A stretch of 64,000 bases of DNA, from NCBI GenBank assembly GCA_017577895.2, contig PKQY02000003.1, positions 27,064 through 91,063 of the forward strand, in the 5' to 3' direction. The first letter of the stretch is position 1. Each line of letters opens with the position of its first letter. Under the pieces are notes generated by a model. That model saw nothing but the letters and a program-made list of their open reading frames with translations, was not told the origin of the DNA and searched no databases. Origin of the DNA: Bacillota bacterium. Lineage in GTDB: Bacteria; Bacillota; Bacilli; ZCTH02-B2. The position numbers were made by a program, and so were the translations under genes. This document shows positions 48,149 to 58,027 of the stretch, in pieces.

Positions 48149-49324
48149 TTATTTTTGGGTGGATGAGTGAAGCGGCCGGGTGATGTAGGCCCACAAATCG
48201 TGAAAGACGTCGGCTTTGTGAAACGACACCAAAATGACCAACGCCACGGGGCCGATGACGGCGCCGGCGACTCCGAACAATTGAATGCCGACGTACAAGG
48301 CGATCAACGTCAATAATGGATCCATGCCCACGTTGTCGCCGACAATTTTCGGCTCCAGCAGTTGCCGCGAGACGGCAATGATGAGATACAAAATGGCCAG
48401 GGCGATGCCGAGCCGGTAATCGCCGACGATGAGGCAATACCCTGCCCAGGGGATGAGGATGGTGCCGACGCCCAAGTAAGGCAGCAAATCGAACAGCGCC
48501 ATCACCAGGCCGATGGTCATGGCGTACTCGACGCCCAAAATCATCAAATAACCGATGACGATGGCGCCGGTCACGCTGATTAAAATGACTTGTGCCCAAA
48601 TGAACCCAAAAGTCGCTTTGCGCAAATACCCCCAGATGCGATGGCAGCTTTCTGCCAAACGGGGCGGCATTATTTTCAATAGCTGGTCTTTCAGGCGATA
48701 CCAGTCTTTACTGATGAACAACGCGGCGGCAAACGAGATGATTAACAACAAGGCCGTCGAGGGCAAGGAGGTGAAAAAGCCGAGCAGCGCATTGAGCAAG
48801 AAGAGAAACAGCTGCGTCGCCGCGTCGGTGATGTAATCGATACCGGTGCGGATCGTTTCGTTGATCCGGGCCTGGTACACCGGATCCAGATTGGCCACCA
48901 TCGATTCCAGCTGATTAAAGATGTTCAGGACGACTTCTTGCGTGAGAAAATGGCTGATGTAAATTTGCACCTGATTCAAGTAGACGGGCAAAATGTTGAC
49001 CAATTGGGTCAGTTCGATGATGATCTTGGCCGTCAATAAGGTCAACAAAGAAAACAACAGCAGCACAAAAAGGGCCAATGTCAACATGACGGCCAATATC
49101 CTGGGCATTTTTGCTTTCTTTTCTAACAGGTTGACCGCCGGATTGATGATTAAAGCGATCAGCCAGGCAATAATAAATGGTGTCACCAGAGGGACGAGCC
49201 ATTTGATGAGCAAAAAAAGTCCGGCAACGGCACCGAGGACAATGGCAAGTCGCAGCAACACTTGTGCTTGCGCCTTTGTCAAGTTGTCAAGCCTCCAAAT
49301 CTCTTTTTTGGCATTGTACTCCAT
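48149..49324 (-). CDS. ytvI: Sporulation integral membrane protein YtvI (AI-2E/PerM transporter family)
   Basis: Polytopic protein lying between pyk and citZ, as in B. subtilis. The start is uncertain: ATG 49324 has no RBS, while TTG 49282 lies 9 nt after GGAGG. Confidence 0.8.
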   Translation of the reverse strand: MEYNAKKEIWRLDNLTKAQAQVLLRLAIVLGAVAGLFLLIKWLVPLVTPFIIAWLIALIINPAVNLLEKKAKMPRILAVMLTLALFVLLLFSLLTLLTAKIIIELTQLVNILPVYLNQVQIYISHFLTQEVVLNIFNQLESMVANLDPVYQARINETIRTGIDYITDAATQLFLFLLNALLGFFTSLPSTALLLIISFAAALFISKDWYRLKDQLLKIMPPRLAESCHRIWGYLRKATFGFIWAQVILISVTGAIVIGYLMILGVEYAMTIGLVMALFDLLPYLGVGTILIPWAGYCLIVGDYRLGIALAILYLIIAVSRQLLEPKIVGDNVGMDPLLTLIALYVGIQLFGVAGAVIGPVALVILVSFHKADVFHDLWAYITRPLHSSTQK

Positions 49325-49502
49325 TTTGGTACAAATCTCAATTCTATCGGCAATCGAAGGATTTTTGGGCCAACGTTCACAAAATGTTCCTTTTAATTTA
49401 TAATAAAAACGAAAACGGGATCCCGATTGATACCTTGTGCTATAACAGTATTGAAACAAGGATAAACAGAAACAGAATTTTCACAGGAAAGGAAGCGATA
49501 GG

Positions 49503-50621
49503 ATGACTGCGACCCAAGGGCTAGAAGGTGTGATTGCGGCGCAATCGGCCATCAGCTCCATCATTGATGACACTTTGACGTATCGGGGCATCAACATCGA
49601 CGAATTGGCTGAAAACGCCAGCTTTGAAGAAGTCGTCTATTTGTTGTGGCACGGCAAATTGCCGAACCGCACCGAGTTGGCAGAACTGGAAAAGGCGTTG
49701 CGTGAAAATGCGGCTTTGCCGGAAGAAGTGTTGAACCAGCTGAAAGCGTATCCGAAAACCGCGACGCCGATGGAAATGTTGCGGACAGCCGTTTCGGCTT
49801 TAGGTATGTGCGATCCCGAGGCTAATGTCAACACGCCGGAAGCGAACTTGCGCAAGGCCATCCGGTTGACGGCGCGGGTGTCCACCATCGTGGCCGCCAT
49901 TCACCGCGTTCGCCAAGGGCTGGAACCCATCGCTCCCCATCCGGAATACGGATTCGCCAAAAATTTCCTGTACATGTTGAACGGCGAAGAACCGCCGGCC
50001 ATTGCTGTTGAAGCGTTTAACAAAGCATTGGTGTTGCACGCCGACCACGAATTCAACGCCTCCACCTTTGCTGCCCGCGTGACGGTCGCCACGTTGTCCG
50101 ACATGTATTCGGGGGTTGTCTCCGCCATCGGTGCGTTGAAAGGACCGTTGCATGGCGGCGCCAACGAGCAAGTGATGCGGATGTTGGAAGAAATCGGCAC
50201 GCCGGATCGGATCGAAGCTTACATAAGAGATAAGTTGGCGAAAAAAGAGAAAATCATGGGCTTCGGCCATCGCGTCTACCGCAAGGGCGATCCGCGGGCC
50301 AAACATCTCCATCGCATGTCCAGCGAGTTGTCCAAGCTCCCCAACAACGATCCGAAGTGGTTTGAAATGTCGGAGAAAATCGAGGCCATCGTCACGAAAG
50401 AAAAGGGCTTGCCCCCCAACGTCGATTTTTATTCGGCGTCGACCTACACGTATTTAGGCATCCCGAAAGAATTGTTCACGCCCATCTTTGCCCTCAGCCG
50501 GGTGTCGGGATGGACGGCCCACATTCTCGAACAATATGCCAACAACCGCCTCATTCGGCCGCGGGCAGAATATGTGGGGCCGAAGCACGCATCCTACATT
50601 CCGATCGATCAGCGGAACTAG
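49503..50621 (+). CDS. citZ: Citrate synthase
   Basis: GLEGVIAAQSAISSI, HADHEFNASTF and GFGHRVY motifs. Confidence 0.95.
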   Translation: MTATQGLEGVIAAQSAISSIIDDTLTYRGINIDELAENASFEEVVYLLWHGKLPNRTELAELEKALRENAALPEEVLNQLKAYPKTATPMEMLRTAVSALGMCDPEANVNTPEANLRKAIRLTARVSTIVAAIHRVRQGLEPIAPHPEYGFAKNFLYMLNGEEPPAIAVEAFNKALVLHADHEFNASTFAARVTVATLSDMYSGVVSAIGALKGPLHGGANEQVMRMLEEIGTPDRIEAYIRDKLAKKEKIMGFGHRVYRKGDPRAKHLHRMSSELSKLPNNDPKWFEMSEKIEAIVTKEKGLPPNVDFYSASTYTYLGIPKELFTPIFALSRVSGWTAHILEQYANNRLIRPRAEYVGPKHASYIPIDQRN

Positions 50622-50668
50622 ATGCTCCGACGTGGAACTGGATTCTCCTGCGTCAAATGAAGTAAGAT

Positions 50669-50696
50669 TAGAAGTGGCGATGTAGAAGTGGTGATG
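50669..50696. repeat. Tandem 14-mer TAGAAGTGGCGATG / TAGAAGTGGTGATG in the citZ-icd spacer
   Basis: Units at 50669-50682 and 50683-50696, 13/14 identical. Confidence 0.7.
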
Positions 50697-50820
50697 CCCA
50701 TCAGAGCGCTTGTCTTTGGTGGGCGTTCCCATGTCCATGCCGGTGGATAGACAGATAGAAAAGAGAGACATAAAGATCAAAAGGGGCAAGGTTTGCAAAA
50801 AGCACAAGGAGGGTGCAAGC

Positions 50821-52119
50821 ATGGCATTGTTCCAAAAATACGAAATGCCGAAAGAAGGAGAAAAAATCCGCCTGCAGGACGGCAAGCTGTACGTGCCGGA
50901 CAACCCCATTATCCCTTTCATCGAAGGGGATGGCACCGGTCCTGACATTTGGGCGGCTGCTTCCCGCGTGCTCGATGCGGCGGTCAAAAAAGCGTACAAA
51001 GGTCAACGGAAAATTGCCTGGTATGAAGTGTATGCCGGTGAAAAAGCGTATCAAAAGTTTGGTGAATGGTTGCCGGAAGATACGTTGACGGCATTGCGGG
51101 AATACATAGTCAGCATCAAGGGGCCGTTGACCACACCAGTCGGTGGCGGCATCCGTTCCCTCAACGTGGCGGTGCGGCAAGAGCTGGATTTGTACGTCTG
51201 CTTGCGGCCGGTCCGTTATTTCCAAGGGGTGCCGTCGCCGGTGAAGCACCCGGAACTGGTGGATATGGTCATTTTCCGCGAAAACACGGAAGACATTTAC
51301 GCCGGTGTGGAATGGGCGGCAGGCACGCCGGAAGTGAAAAAGGTCATCCGTTTCCTCCAAGAAGAAATGGGCGTCAATAAAATCCGCTTCCCGGAAACGT
51401 CGGGCATCGGCATCAAACCGGTATCCAAAGAAGGGACGACCCGTTTGGTCCGGGCGGCCATTGAGTACGCGCTGCAGCGGGGCCGCAAGAGCGTGACGCT
51501 GGTGCATAAAGGCAACATCATGAAGTTCACCGAGGGCGCCTTCAAAAACTGGGGTTACGAAGTGGCAGAAAAAGAGTTTGGCGACCGCGTTTTCACGTGG
51601 GCACAATATGATCGGATCAAAGAATCCGAAGGCGTGGAGGCCGCTAACCGGGCCCAGGCCGAGGCGGAAGCGGCGGGCAAACTCATCGTCAAGGATGTCA
51701 TCGCCGACGCGTTCCTGCAACAAATTCTCACCCGGCCAGCGGAGTATGACGTCATTGCCACGCTCAACCTCAACGGGGATTACATTTCGGACGCCTTGGC
51801 CGCACAAGTGGGCGGCATCGGCATCGCACCGGGGGCCAATATCAACTATGAAACCGGACATGCCGTCTTCGAAGCGACCCACGGCACGGCGCCTAAGTAT
51901 GCGGGTCTGGACAAAGTCAACCCCGGTTCGGTGATTCTGTCCGGCGTCATGATGCTGGAGCATCTCGGTTGGCAAGAAGCGGCCGACATGATCATCCGTG
52001 CCATGGAAAAAACCATCTCGCAAAAAATCGTCACCTACGACTTTGCCCGTCTCATGGAAGGCGCGACGGAAGTGAAGACCTCGGAGTTTGCCGATCATCT
52101 GATCAAAAACATGGAATGA
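50821..52119 (+). CDS. icd: NADP-dependent isocitrate dehydrogenase
   Basis: [31 protein letters not shown] and [17 protein letters not shown] motifs. ATG 50821 follows AAGGAGGG. Confidence 0.95.
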   Translation: MALFQKYEMPKEGEKIRLQDGKLYVPDNPIIPFIEGDGTGPDIWAAASRVLDAAVKKAYKGQRKIAWYEVYAGEKAYQKFGEWLPEDTLTALREYIVSIKGPLTTPVGGGIRSLNVAVRQELDLYVCLRPVRYFQGVPSPVKHPELVDMVIFRENTEDIYAGVEWAAGTPEVKKVIRFLQEEMGVNKIRFPETSGIGIKPVSKEGTTRLVRAAIEYALQRGRKSVTLVHKGNIMKFTEGAFKNWGYEVAEKEFGDRVFTWAQYDRIKESEGVEAANRAQAEAEAAGKLIVKDVIADAFLQQILTRPAEYDVIATLNLNGDYISDALAAQVGGIGIAPGANINYETGHAVFEATHGTAPKYAGLDKVNPGSVILSGVMMLEHLGWQEAADMIIRAMEKTISQKIVTYDFARLMEGATEVKTSEFADHLIKNME

Positions 52120-52164
52120 GATAAGGCCCATCTGTAAGTCCATCAAACGGAGGGGACAACGAAC

Positions 52165-53109
52165 ATGTCCATGAAACGGAAAAAAATCAGCATCATCGGC
52201 GCCGGGTACACTGGCGCCACCACGGCCCTGATGCTGGCCCAAAAAGAGTTGGGGGATATCGTGCTGTTGGACATTCCCCAATTGGAAAATCCGACCAAGG
52301 GCAAAGCCCTGGACATGCTGGAAGCCGGTCCGGTCGAAGGCTTTGACGTCAACATTGTCGGGACGAGCCGATACGAAGATACCGCAAACTCCGACCTGGT
52401 CATCATTACGGCGGGCGTGGCGCGCAAACCCGGCATGAGCCGGGATGACTTGGTCCACACGAATGCCGGCATCATGCGCTCGGTGGCCGAACAGGTGGCC
52501 AAATACTCGCCGGACGCCATTGTGCTGGTGCTGTCCAACCCGGTGGACGCCATGACGTATGTGGCCTTTAAGACGACCGGTTTTCCTAAAAATAGGGTCA
52601 TCGGCCAGTCGGGCGTGTTGGACACGGCCCGCTTCCGGACGTTTGTCGCTCAGGCGTTGAACGTTTCGGTGGAAGATGTGACCGGCGTGGTGCTGGGCGG
52701 TCATGGCGACGATATGGTGCCGCTCATCCGTTATTCGTACGTAGGCGGCATTCCGTTGGAGAAATGGTTGCCGAAGGATCAATTGGACGCCATTGTCGAG
52801 CGGACGCGAAAAGGCGGCGGGGAAATCGTGAACCTGTTGGGCAACGGCAGCGCCTATTACGCCCCGGCCGCTTCCTTGGTGCAGATGGCGGAAGCCATCA
52901 TCAAGGACAAAAAACGCATTTTGCCGGCCATTGCCTACTTGGAAGGCGAGTACGGCTATCATGACATTTATTTGGGCGTGCCGACCATCCTCGGCGGCAA
53001 CGGCATCGAACGGGTCATTGAACTGGAGTTGACGCCGGAGGAAAAGGCGGCCCTGGACAAGTCGGCCCAATCGGTGGAAAACTTGCTCCAGATTGTCCGG
53101 AATATGTGA
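52165..53109 (+). CDS. mdh: Malate dehydrogenase (LDH-like family)
   Basis: [31 protein letters not shown] and GGHGD motifs. Confidence 0.95.
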   Translation: MSMKRKKISIIGAGYTGATTALMLAQKELGDIVLLDIPQLENPTKGKALDMLEAGPVEGFDVNIVGTSRYEDTANSDLVIITAGVARKPGMSRDDLVHTNAGIMRSVAEQVAKYSPDAIVLVLSNPVDAMTYVAFKTTGFPKNRVIGQSGVLDTARFRTFVAQALNVSVEDVTGVVLGGHGDDMVPLIRYSYVGGIPLEKWLPKDQLDAIVERTRKGGGEIVNLLGNGSAYYAPAASLVQMAEAIIKDKKRILPAIAYLEGEYGYHDIYLGVPTILGGNGIERVIELELTPEEKAALDKSAQSVENLLQIVRNM

Positions 53110-53113
53110 CACG

Positions 53114-53147
53114 AAGCGGCGGAGTTCGATTCCGCCGCTTTTTCTTT
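53114..53147 (+). terminator. Intrinsic terminator after mdh
   Basis: 10-bp stem aagcggcgga / tccgccgctt with loop gttcgat, followed by TTTTCTTT. Confidence 0.8.
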
Positions 53148-53223
53148 CGCGGTTGTATTCCCGAGGGGACTAGTTTAAGATCGAACCAAAGACGGTTGGC
53201 GCGCAAAACAAAGGAGGAACGGC

Positions 53224-53913
53224 ATGGCTCAGTCCGTCCTGGTGGTCGATGATGAAGAAGCCATTTTGACGCTGGTGGAATTCAACTTGAAAAAGGCGGG
53301 CTTCTCCGTCAGCAAAGCCACCGATGGATATCAGGCGTTGCAGATGGTGTATGAAACGCAGCCGGATCTCATCATCTTGGACATCATGTTGCCTTCGATG
53401 GACGGCTTGGAGGTGTGCAAACAACTTCGCCAAAAAGGCCTCCGCACGCCGGTGTTAATGTTGTCGGCCCGGGACGAGGTGGCGGACAAAGTGATCGGAC
53501 TGGAACTGGGTGCCGACGACTATATGACGAAACCGTTCAGTCCCCGGGAGCTGGTGGCGCGGGTGAAGGCGTTGCTGCGCCGGGTTCAATCGGAACCGGC
53601 GGAAAGAGCAGTCATTTCCGTCGGCGACTTGACGTTGAACCGGGAAAAATACGAAGTCCGTTTTCGAGGTCGGCCGTTGGAGTTGACGCCCAAGGAGTTT
53701 GAAATTTTGTCCTATATGATGCAACATTGCGGGCGCGTGTTGTCCCGGGATCAGCTGCTCAATGCGGTGTGGGATTACGAATTTACGGGGGATACGCGCA
53801 TCGTGGACGTGCACGTGAGCCATTTGCGGGAGAAGATCGAGCCGGATCCGAAACAGCCGGTGTACATCAAAACCGTGCGCGGCATCGGCTACAAATTTGA
53901 GGGACCCTCATGA
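53224..53913 (+). CDS. phoP: OmpR-family response regulator (PhoP by position)
   Basis: VLVVDDEEAILTL...DLIILDIMLPSMDG receiver domain plus a winged-helix C-terminus. It lies between mdh and polA, as B. subtilis phoPR does. Confidence 0.85.
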   Translation: MAQSVLVVDDEEAILTLVEFNLKKAGFSVSKATDGYQALQMVYETQPDLIILDIMLPSMDGLEVCKQLRQKGLRTPVLMLSARDEVADKVIGLELGADDYMTKPFSPRELVARVKALLRRVQSEPAERAVISVGDLTLNREKYEVRFRGRPLELTPKEFEILSYMMQHCGRVLSRDQLLNAVWDYEFTGDTRIVDVHVSHLREKIEPDPKQPVYIKTVRGIGYKFEGPS

Positions 53914-55346
53914 AGCGCATCGCCCGGCGAATTTTTGGGGGCGTGATGGGTGTCTTGGCCGCGGCGGCTGTCCTCACGGCCTGGCTTTACCCGAAAGTTT
54001 CCGGCTGGCTCCTCATCTTGGTTGGGCTGCCGGCATTGTGCGCCAGTGTATACGGTGTCATCATGTGGGGATTAGCGCCCCATCAACGGACGATGAACCA
54101 GTTGACCGCGTTTTTACAACATGTCCCCGCTCAGCAATTCTCCCGACGGTTTTACCACGATCCGTTGAACGAGATGGCCCCCTTTGTCCAGGCCCTCAAC
54201 CATCTGTTGGATCAGGTGGAAATTGAGCGGAACTTGGGCGAGGAATATCGCCAGCGGTTCATCAGCCTGTTGGAAAACATGGCCAGCGGCGTCTTGTTGC
54301 TGGATGCCCGGGGCAAGATTTTGCTCATCAATTCCATGGCCGCCCAACTGTTGGGCCGCCCCCGGGAGGAGCTGATCGGGCAAACCCACTTGGCCGCCAG
54401 CCATCATTACGAACTGGGTGAACTCATCGAACAGTGTCGTCGAAGCGGACAGCGGCTGCGGCAGGAGCTGACCGTCTACTATCCGCAGGAACGGGTGCTG
54501 GATGTCCACCTGTCGCCTGTTCCGAGCCGCGCCGGAATGGGCGGCGTGGTGGTCGTGATGCACGACATCACGGAAATTCGCCGCTTGGAACAGTTGCGGC
54601 GGGAATTTGTGACGAACGTCTCCCACGAATTGCGGACGCCGTTGACGGCGGTCAAAGGGTTTGCCGAAACGTTGCTGGACGGCGCGGCGGAAGACCCGGA
54701 AACGCTGCGGAACTTTTTGACCATCATTTGGCGGGAAAGCGACCGGATGCACCGCATGATCGGCGAGCTTTTGGATTTGTCCAAAATCGAATCGGGGCAA
54801 GTCAAACTCGATTTTCAAACCATTTCCGTCAAAGAACAGGCGGAAGACGTGTTGCGGCTCATCCGGCCGACAGCCCATGAACGGCAGTTGACGGTGCAAC
54901 TGGTCGCGCTGCAAGACTGTGCCATTGAGGCGGATCCGGATCGGTTTCGCCAAATTTTGCTGAACTTGCTCACCAACGCCTTGACGTATACGCCTCCCGA
55001 CGGACTGGTGGAACTGCGCATCGAATGTGTGGACGGCGGGGTATGGGTGCGGGTGCGCGATACGGGCATCGGCATTCCCAAAAACGATTTGCCCCATTTG
55101 TTCGAGCGGTTTTACCGGGTGAACAAAGACCGCTCCCGGGAATCGGGGGGAACCGGTTTGGGATTGGCCATTGTCAAGCAATTGGTGGAATCCCATCACG
55201 GCAGCATTGAAGTGGAAAGTGAGCTGGGAAAAGGTTCCCAGTTTTCTGTGTTTTTGCCGCGTCGCCAGCCGACCGCCGGTGACGCCCCGTCGGAGCCCAT
55301 GTCCAAGACAAGAGGTGACGGTGTTGAAAAAACTGATCTTGCTTGA
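53910..55346 (+). CDS. phoR: Sensor histidine kinase (PhoR by position): two TM segments with a minimal loop, PAS, HisKA, HATPase
   Basis: H-box FVTNVSHELRTPLT plus N/G boxes (LLTNALTYT, DTGIGIP, GGTGLGLAIV). The start overlaps the phoP stop. Confidence 0.85.
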   Translation: MKRIARRIFGGVMGVLAAAAVLTAWLYPKVSGWLLILVGLPALCASVYGVIMWGLAPHQRTMNQLTAFLQHVPAQQFSRRFYHDPLNEMAPFVQALNHLLDQVEIERNLGEEYRQRFISLLENMASGVLLLDARGKILLINSMAAQLLGRPREELIGQTHLAASHHYELGELIEQCRRSGQRLRQELTVYYPQERVLDVHLSPVPSRAGMGGVVVVMHDITEIRRLEQLRREFVTNVSHELRTPLTAVKGFAETLLDGAAEDPETLRNFLTIIWRESDRMHRMIGELLDLSKIESGQVKLDFQTISVKEQAEDVLRLIRPTAHERQLTVQLVALQDCAIEADPDRFRQILLNLLTNALTYTPPDGLVELRIECVDGGVWVRVRDTGIGIPKNDLPHLFERFYRVNKDRSRESGGTGLGLAIVKQLVESHHGSIEVESELGKGSQFSVFLPRRQPTAGDAPSEPMSKTRGDGVEKTDLA

Positions 55347-57987
55347 CGGCAACAGTCTGGCCAACCGGGCCTTTTACGCCCTTCCTTTGCTGAGCACCGA
55401 ACAAGGGGTCTACACGAATGCGGTGTACGGATTTACGACCATGTTGCTGAAATTGCTGGAAGAAGAGCGGCCAACCCACATGCTGGTGGCGTTCGACGCC
55501 GGCAAACGCACCTTTCGCCACGACACGTACGGCGAGTACAAAGGCGGACGGCAGAAGACGCCGCCGGAGTTGTCGGAACAATTTCCGCTGTTGAAAGAGT
55601 TGCTGGCTGCGCTGTCGATTCCGCAGTTCGAAATGGAGTTGTATGAAGCCGATGACATCATCGGCACGTTGGCCGATCAGGCGGTGGCCGAAGGATATGA
55701 CGTGTTGGTGGTCACCGGTGACAAAGACTTGCTGCAACTGGTGTCCCCGGACGTGAAAGTGATGTTGACCCGCCGGGGCATCACCGATGTGGAGGTCTAT
55801 GACGAGGCGGCGGTGGAGCGCAAGTACGGACTGAAGCCGGCCCAAATCGTCGATTTGAAAGGGTTGATGGGGGATGCCAGCGACAACATTCCGGGTATCC
55901 CCGGCGTCGGTGAAAAGACGGCCTTGAAATTGCTGCATCAATACGGCACGGTGGAAAACATCGTCGCCCATGCCGATGAACTTCCCGGAGCCAAGTTGCG
56001 GGAGCGGGTAAAGGAACACGGGGAAATGGCGATGTTGAGCAAACGACTGGCCACCATTTATCGGGAAGTGCCGCTCCCGTACGACGTTTCGGCGCTGGCG
56101 TTGCCACCGATGGACCCGGAACGGGCGGTGCCCGTGTTCCGCAAATTGGCCTTTCACTCGCTTCTGGATCGGTTGCCGGCGGCCATGGAGAAACCCGAAG
56201 GAGAGCGCCCGGCCGACGCGCAAGCGGCGGAGACAGAACCGCTGTCTTACCGGTTGCTCGACCAGGCTGCGGCTGAGGCGTTGGTCGACGTGTGGCGCAA
56301 GAGCCGTCCGGCCATCTGGTTGGAATTGGAACCGGCGCCATGGCAGCCGGAAATTTTGGGCCTCGGTGTGAGCTGGGACGATGAGACGGCCTTTATTCCG
56401 GTTTCGGTCTTGCGCGGCTCGGAGAAACTGTTGGCGTGGTTGGCCGACGCAGACGCGAAAAAAATTGTCTACGACGGCAAACAAGCCAAGGTGGCTTTGG
56501 TCCGCCACGGCATGGATTTGGCGGGCATCGATTTTGATTATTTGTTGGCTTCGTATTTGCTCAACCCCTCGTCCAACCAACACCAGCTGTCGGACGTGGC
56601 CCGTATGTTCGGAGAGACGCTGGAAGAGGACGAAGCCGTGTTTGGCCGGGGCGCCAAGCGCCAACGGCCGGCCGAGGACGTGTGGCAACGGCACGCGGTC
56701 AAAAAATGCGCGTTTATGGTTCGGCGGGTTGCCGATGTGACGGACCGCCTGAAAGAAGACGGGTTGTATTCCTTGTATCAAGATTTGGAAATGCCGTTGT
56801 CCATGGTGTTGGCGGCGCTGGAAATTCGCGGGTTTAAAGTGGACGGGGAAAAACTGAAAGAAATGGGCGCCCAATTTCAAGCCCGGCTGGAGCGCTTGAC
56901 GGAAGAGATCTACGCCTTGGCCGGAACCGAGTTCAACATCAATTCGCCGAAACAACTGGGCGAAATTTTGTTCGACAAACTGGGATTGCCGGTCATCAAA
57001 AAGACGAAAACCGGTTATTCCACCAGTGCCGACGTGTTGGAAAAACTGGCGCCCTATCACGAGATCGTCGAAAAAATTTTGTATTACCGGCAGTTGGGCA
57101 AACTCTTGTCCACTTATGTCGACGGGCTGTTGAAAATGATTCACCCCAAGACGGGCAAAATCCACACCTCGTTCAACCAAGCCATCACGGCCACCGGGCG
57201 GCTCAGCAGCACGGAACCCAATTTGCAAAACATCCCGATCCGGTTGGAAGAAGGGCGGCGCATCCGGCAAGCCTTCGTGCCTTCCCAACCCGGGTGGACG
57301 ATCTTGTCCGCCGATTACTCGCAAATCGAGCTGCGCATTCTGGCCCATTTGTCGCAAGATGAGCGGCTCGTGGACGCTTTCCGGAAGGGCATGGACATTC
57401 ATACGAAAACGGCCATGGACATTTTCGGCGTCCCGCAAGAGGCGGTCACGCCGGAGATGCGGCGGCAGGCAAAAGCGGTCAATTTCGGGATTATTTACGG
57501 CATCAGCGATTACGGCCTGTCGCAAAACTTGAACATACCCCGCAAAGAGGCGGCAGCGTTCATCGAGCGCTATTTCGAAACGTTTCCCGGCGTCAAAAAA
57601 TACATGGACCAAGCCGTCCAGACGGCTCGGGAAAAAGGGTATGTGACCACCATCCTCAACCGGCGCCGCTATTTGCCGGAAATCAACAGCCGCAACTACA
57701 ATTTGCGGAGTTTTGCCGAACGGACGGCCATGAACACGCCCATTCAGGGCAGCGCCGCCGACATCATCAAATTGGCCATGATTCGCTTGGAGGAAGAGAT
57801 GCGCCGGCGGGGGATGGCCAGCCAAATGTTGTTGCAAGTCCACGACGAATTGATTTGCGAGGTGCACCCCGATGAACGGGAAGAGATGTACGCGTTGGTG
57901 CGGGAGGTCATGGAGCAGGCGGTTCCGCTGAAGGTGCCGTTGAAAGTGGACGTCTCCGACGGCCCGACGTGGTATGACGCCAAGTGA
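55321..57987 (+). CDS. polA: DNA polymerase I
   Basis: LILLDGNSLANRAFYAL 5'-nuclease domain. Pol motifs DYSQIELRILAHL and QVHDELI. GTG 55321 follows AGAGGTGA and lies 26 nt inside phoR. Confidence 0.95.
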   Translation: MLKKLILLDGNSLANRAFYALPLLSTEQGVYTNAVYGFTTMLLKLLEEERPTHMLVAFDAGKRTFRHDTYGEYKGGRQKTPPELSEQFPLLKELLAALSIPQFEMELYEADDIIGTLADQAVAEGYDVLVVTGDKDLLQLVSPDVKVMLTRRGITDVEVYDEAAVERKYGLKPAQIVDLKGLMGDASDNIPGIPGVGEKTALKLLHQYGTVENIVAHADELPGAKLRERVKEHGEMAMLSKRLATIYREVPLPYDVSALALPPMDPERAVPVFRKLAFHSLLDRLPAAMEKPEGERPADAQAAETEPLSYRLLDQAAAEALVDVWRKSRPAIWLELEPAPWQPEILGLGVSWDDETAFIPVSVLRGSEKLLAWLADADAKKIVYDGKQAKVALVRHGMDLAGIDFDYLLASYLLNPSSNQHQLSDVARMFGETLEEDEAVFGRGAKRQRPAEDVWQRHAVKKCAFMVRRVADVTDRLKEDGLYSLYQDLEMPLSMVLAALEIRGFKVDGEKLKEMGAQFQARLERLTEEIYALAGTEFNINSPKQLGEILFDKLGLPVIKKTKTGYSTSADVLEKLAPYHEIVEKILYYRQLGKLLSTYVDGLLKMIHPKTGKIHTSFNQAITATGRLSSTEPNLQNIPIRLEEGRRIRQAFVPSQPGWTILSADYSQIELRILAHLSQDERLVDAFRKGMDIHTKTAMDIFGVPQEAVTPEMRRQAKAVNFGIIYGISDYGLSQNLNIPRKEAAAFIERYFETFPGVKKYMDQAVQTAREKGYVTTILNRRRYLPEINSRNYNLRSFAERTAMNTPIQGSAADIIKLAMIRLEEEMRRRGMASQMLLQVHDELICEVHPDEREEMYALVREVMEQAVPLKVPLKVDVSDGPTWYDAK

Positions 57988-58027
57988 AGGCACAAAGGAA
58001 GCCAGCATGTAGAAAGGGTCGAAGCAC

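Noticed and set aside
49325-49502. AT-rich citZ upstream region, searched for cre, CcpC (ATAA-N7-TTAT) and Rex boxes.
   Set aside because: Only half-site-like fragments were seen (for example TTCACAA). No complete dyad could be read with confidence.
50701-53112. 803-aa ORF on the minus strand. Similar very long minus-strand ORFs lie at 55174-58029 (951 aa), 38687-40126, 36416-37762, 21595-22956, 22953-24125, 45633-46727, 54114-55364 and 34587-36104.
   Set aside because: Each lies exactly antisense to a gene with unmistakable family motifs (icd/mdh, polA, dnaE, ytoI, metY, metX, pyk, phoR, yheB), and those whose phase I checked (polA, icd/mdh) are codon-aligned with the sense gene. Their translations are Arg/His/Pro/Gly/Phe-rich with no recognisable domains or ribosome-binding sites. 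Sense-strand avoidance of TTA, CTA and TCA codons explains them.
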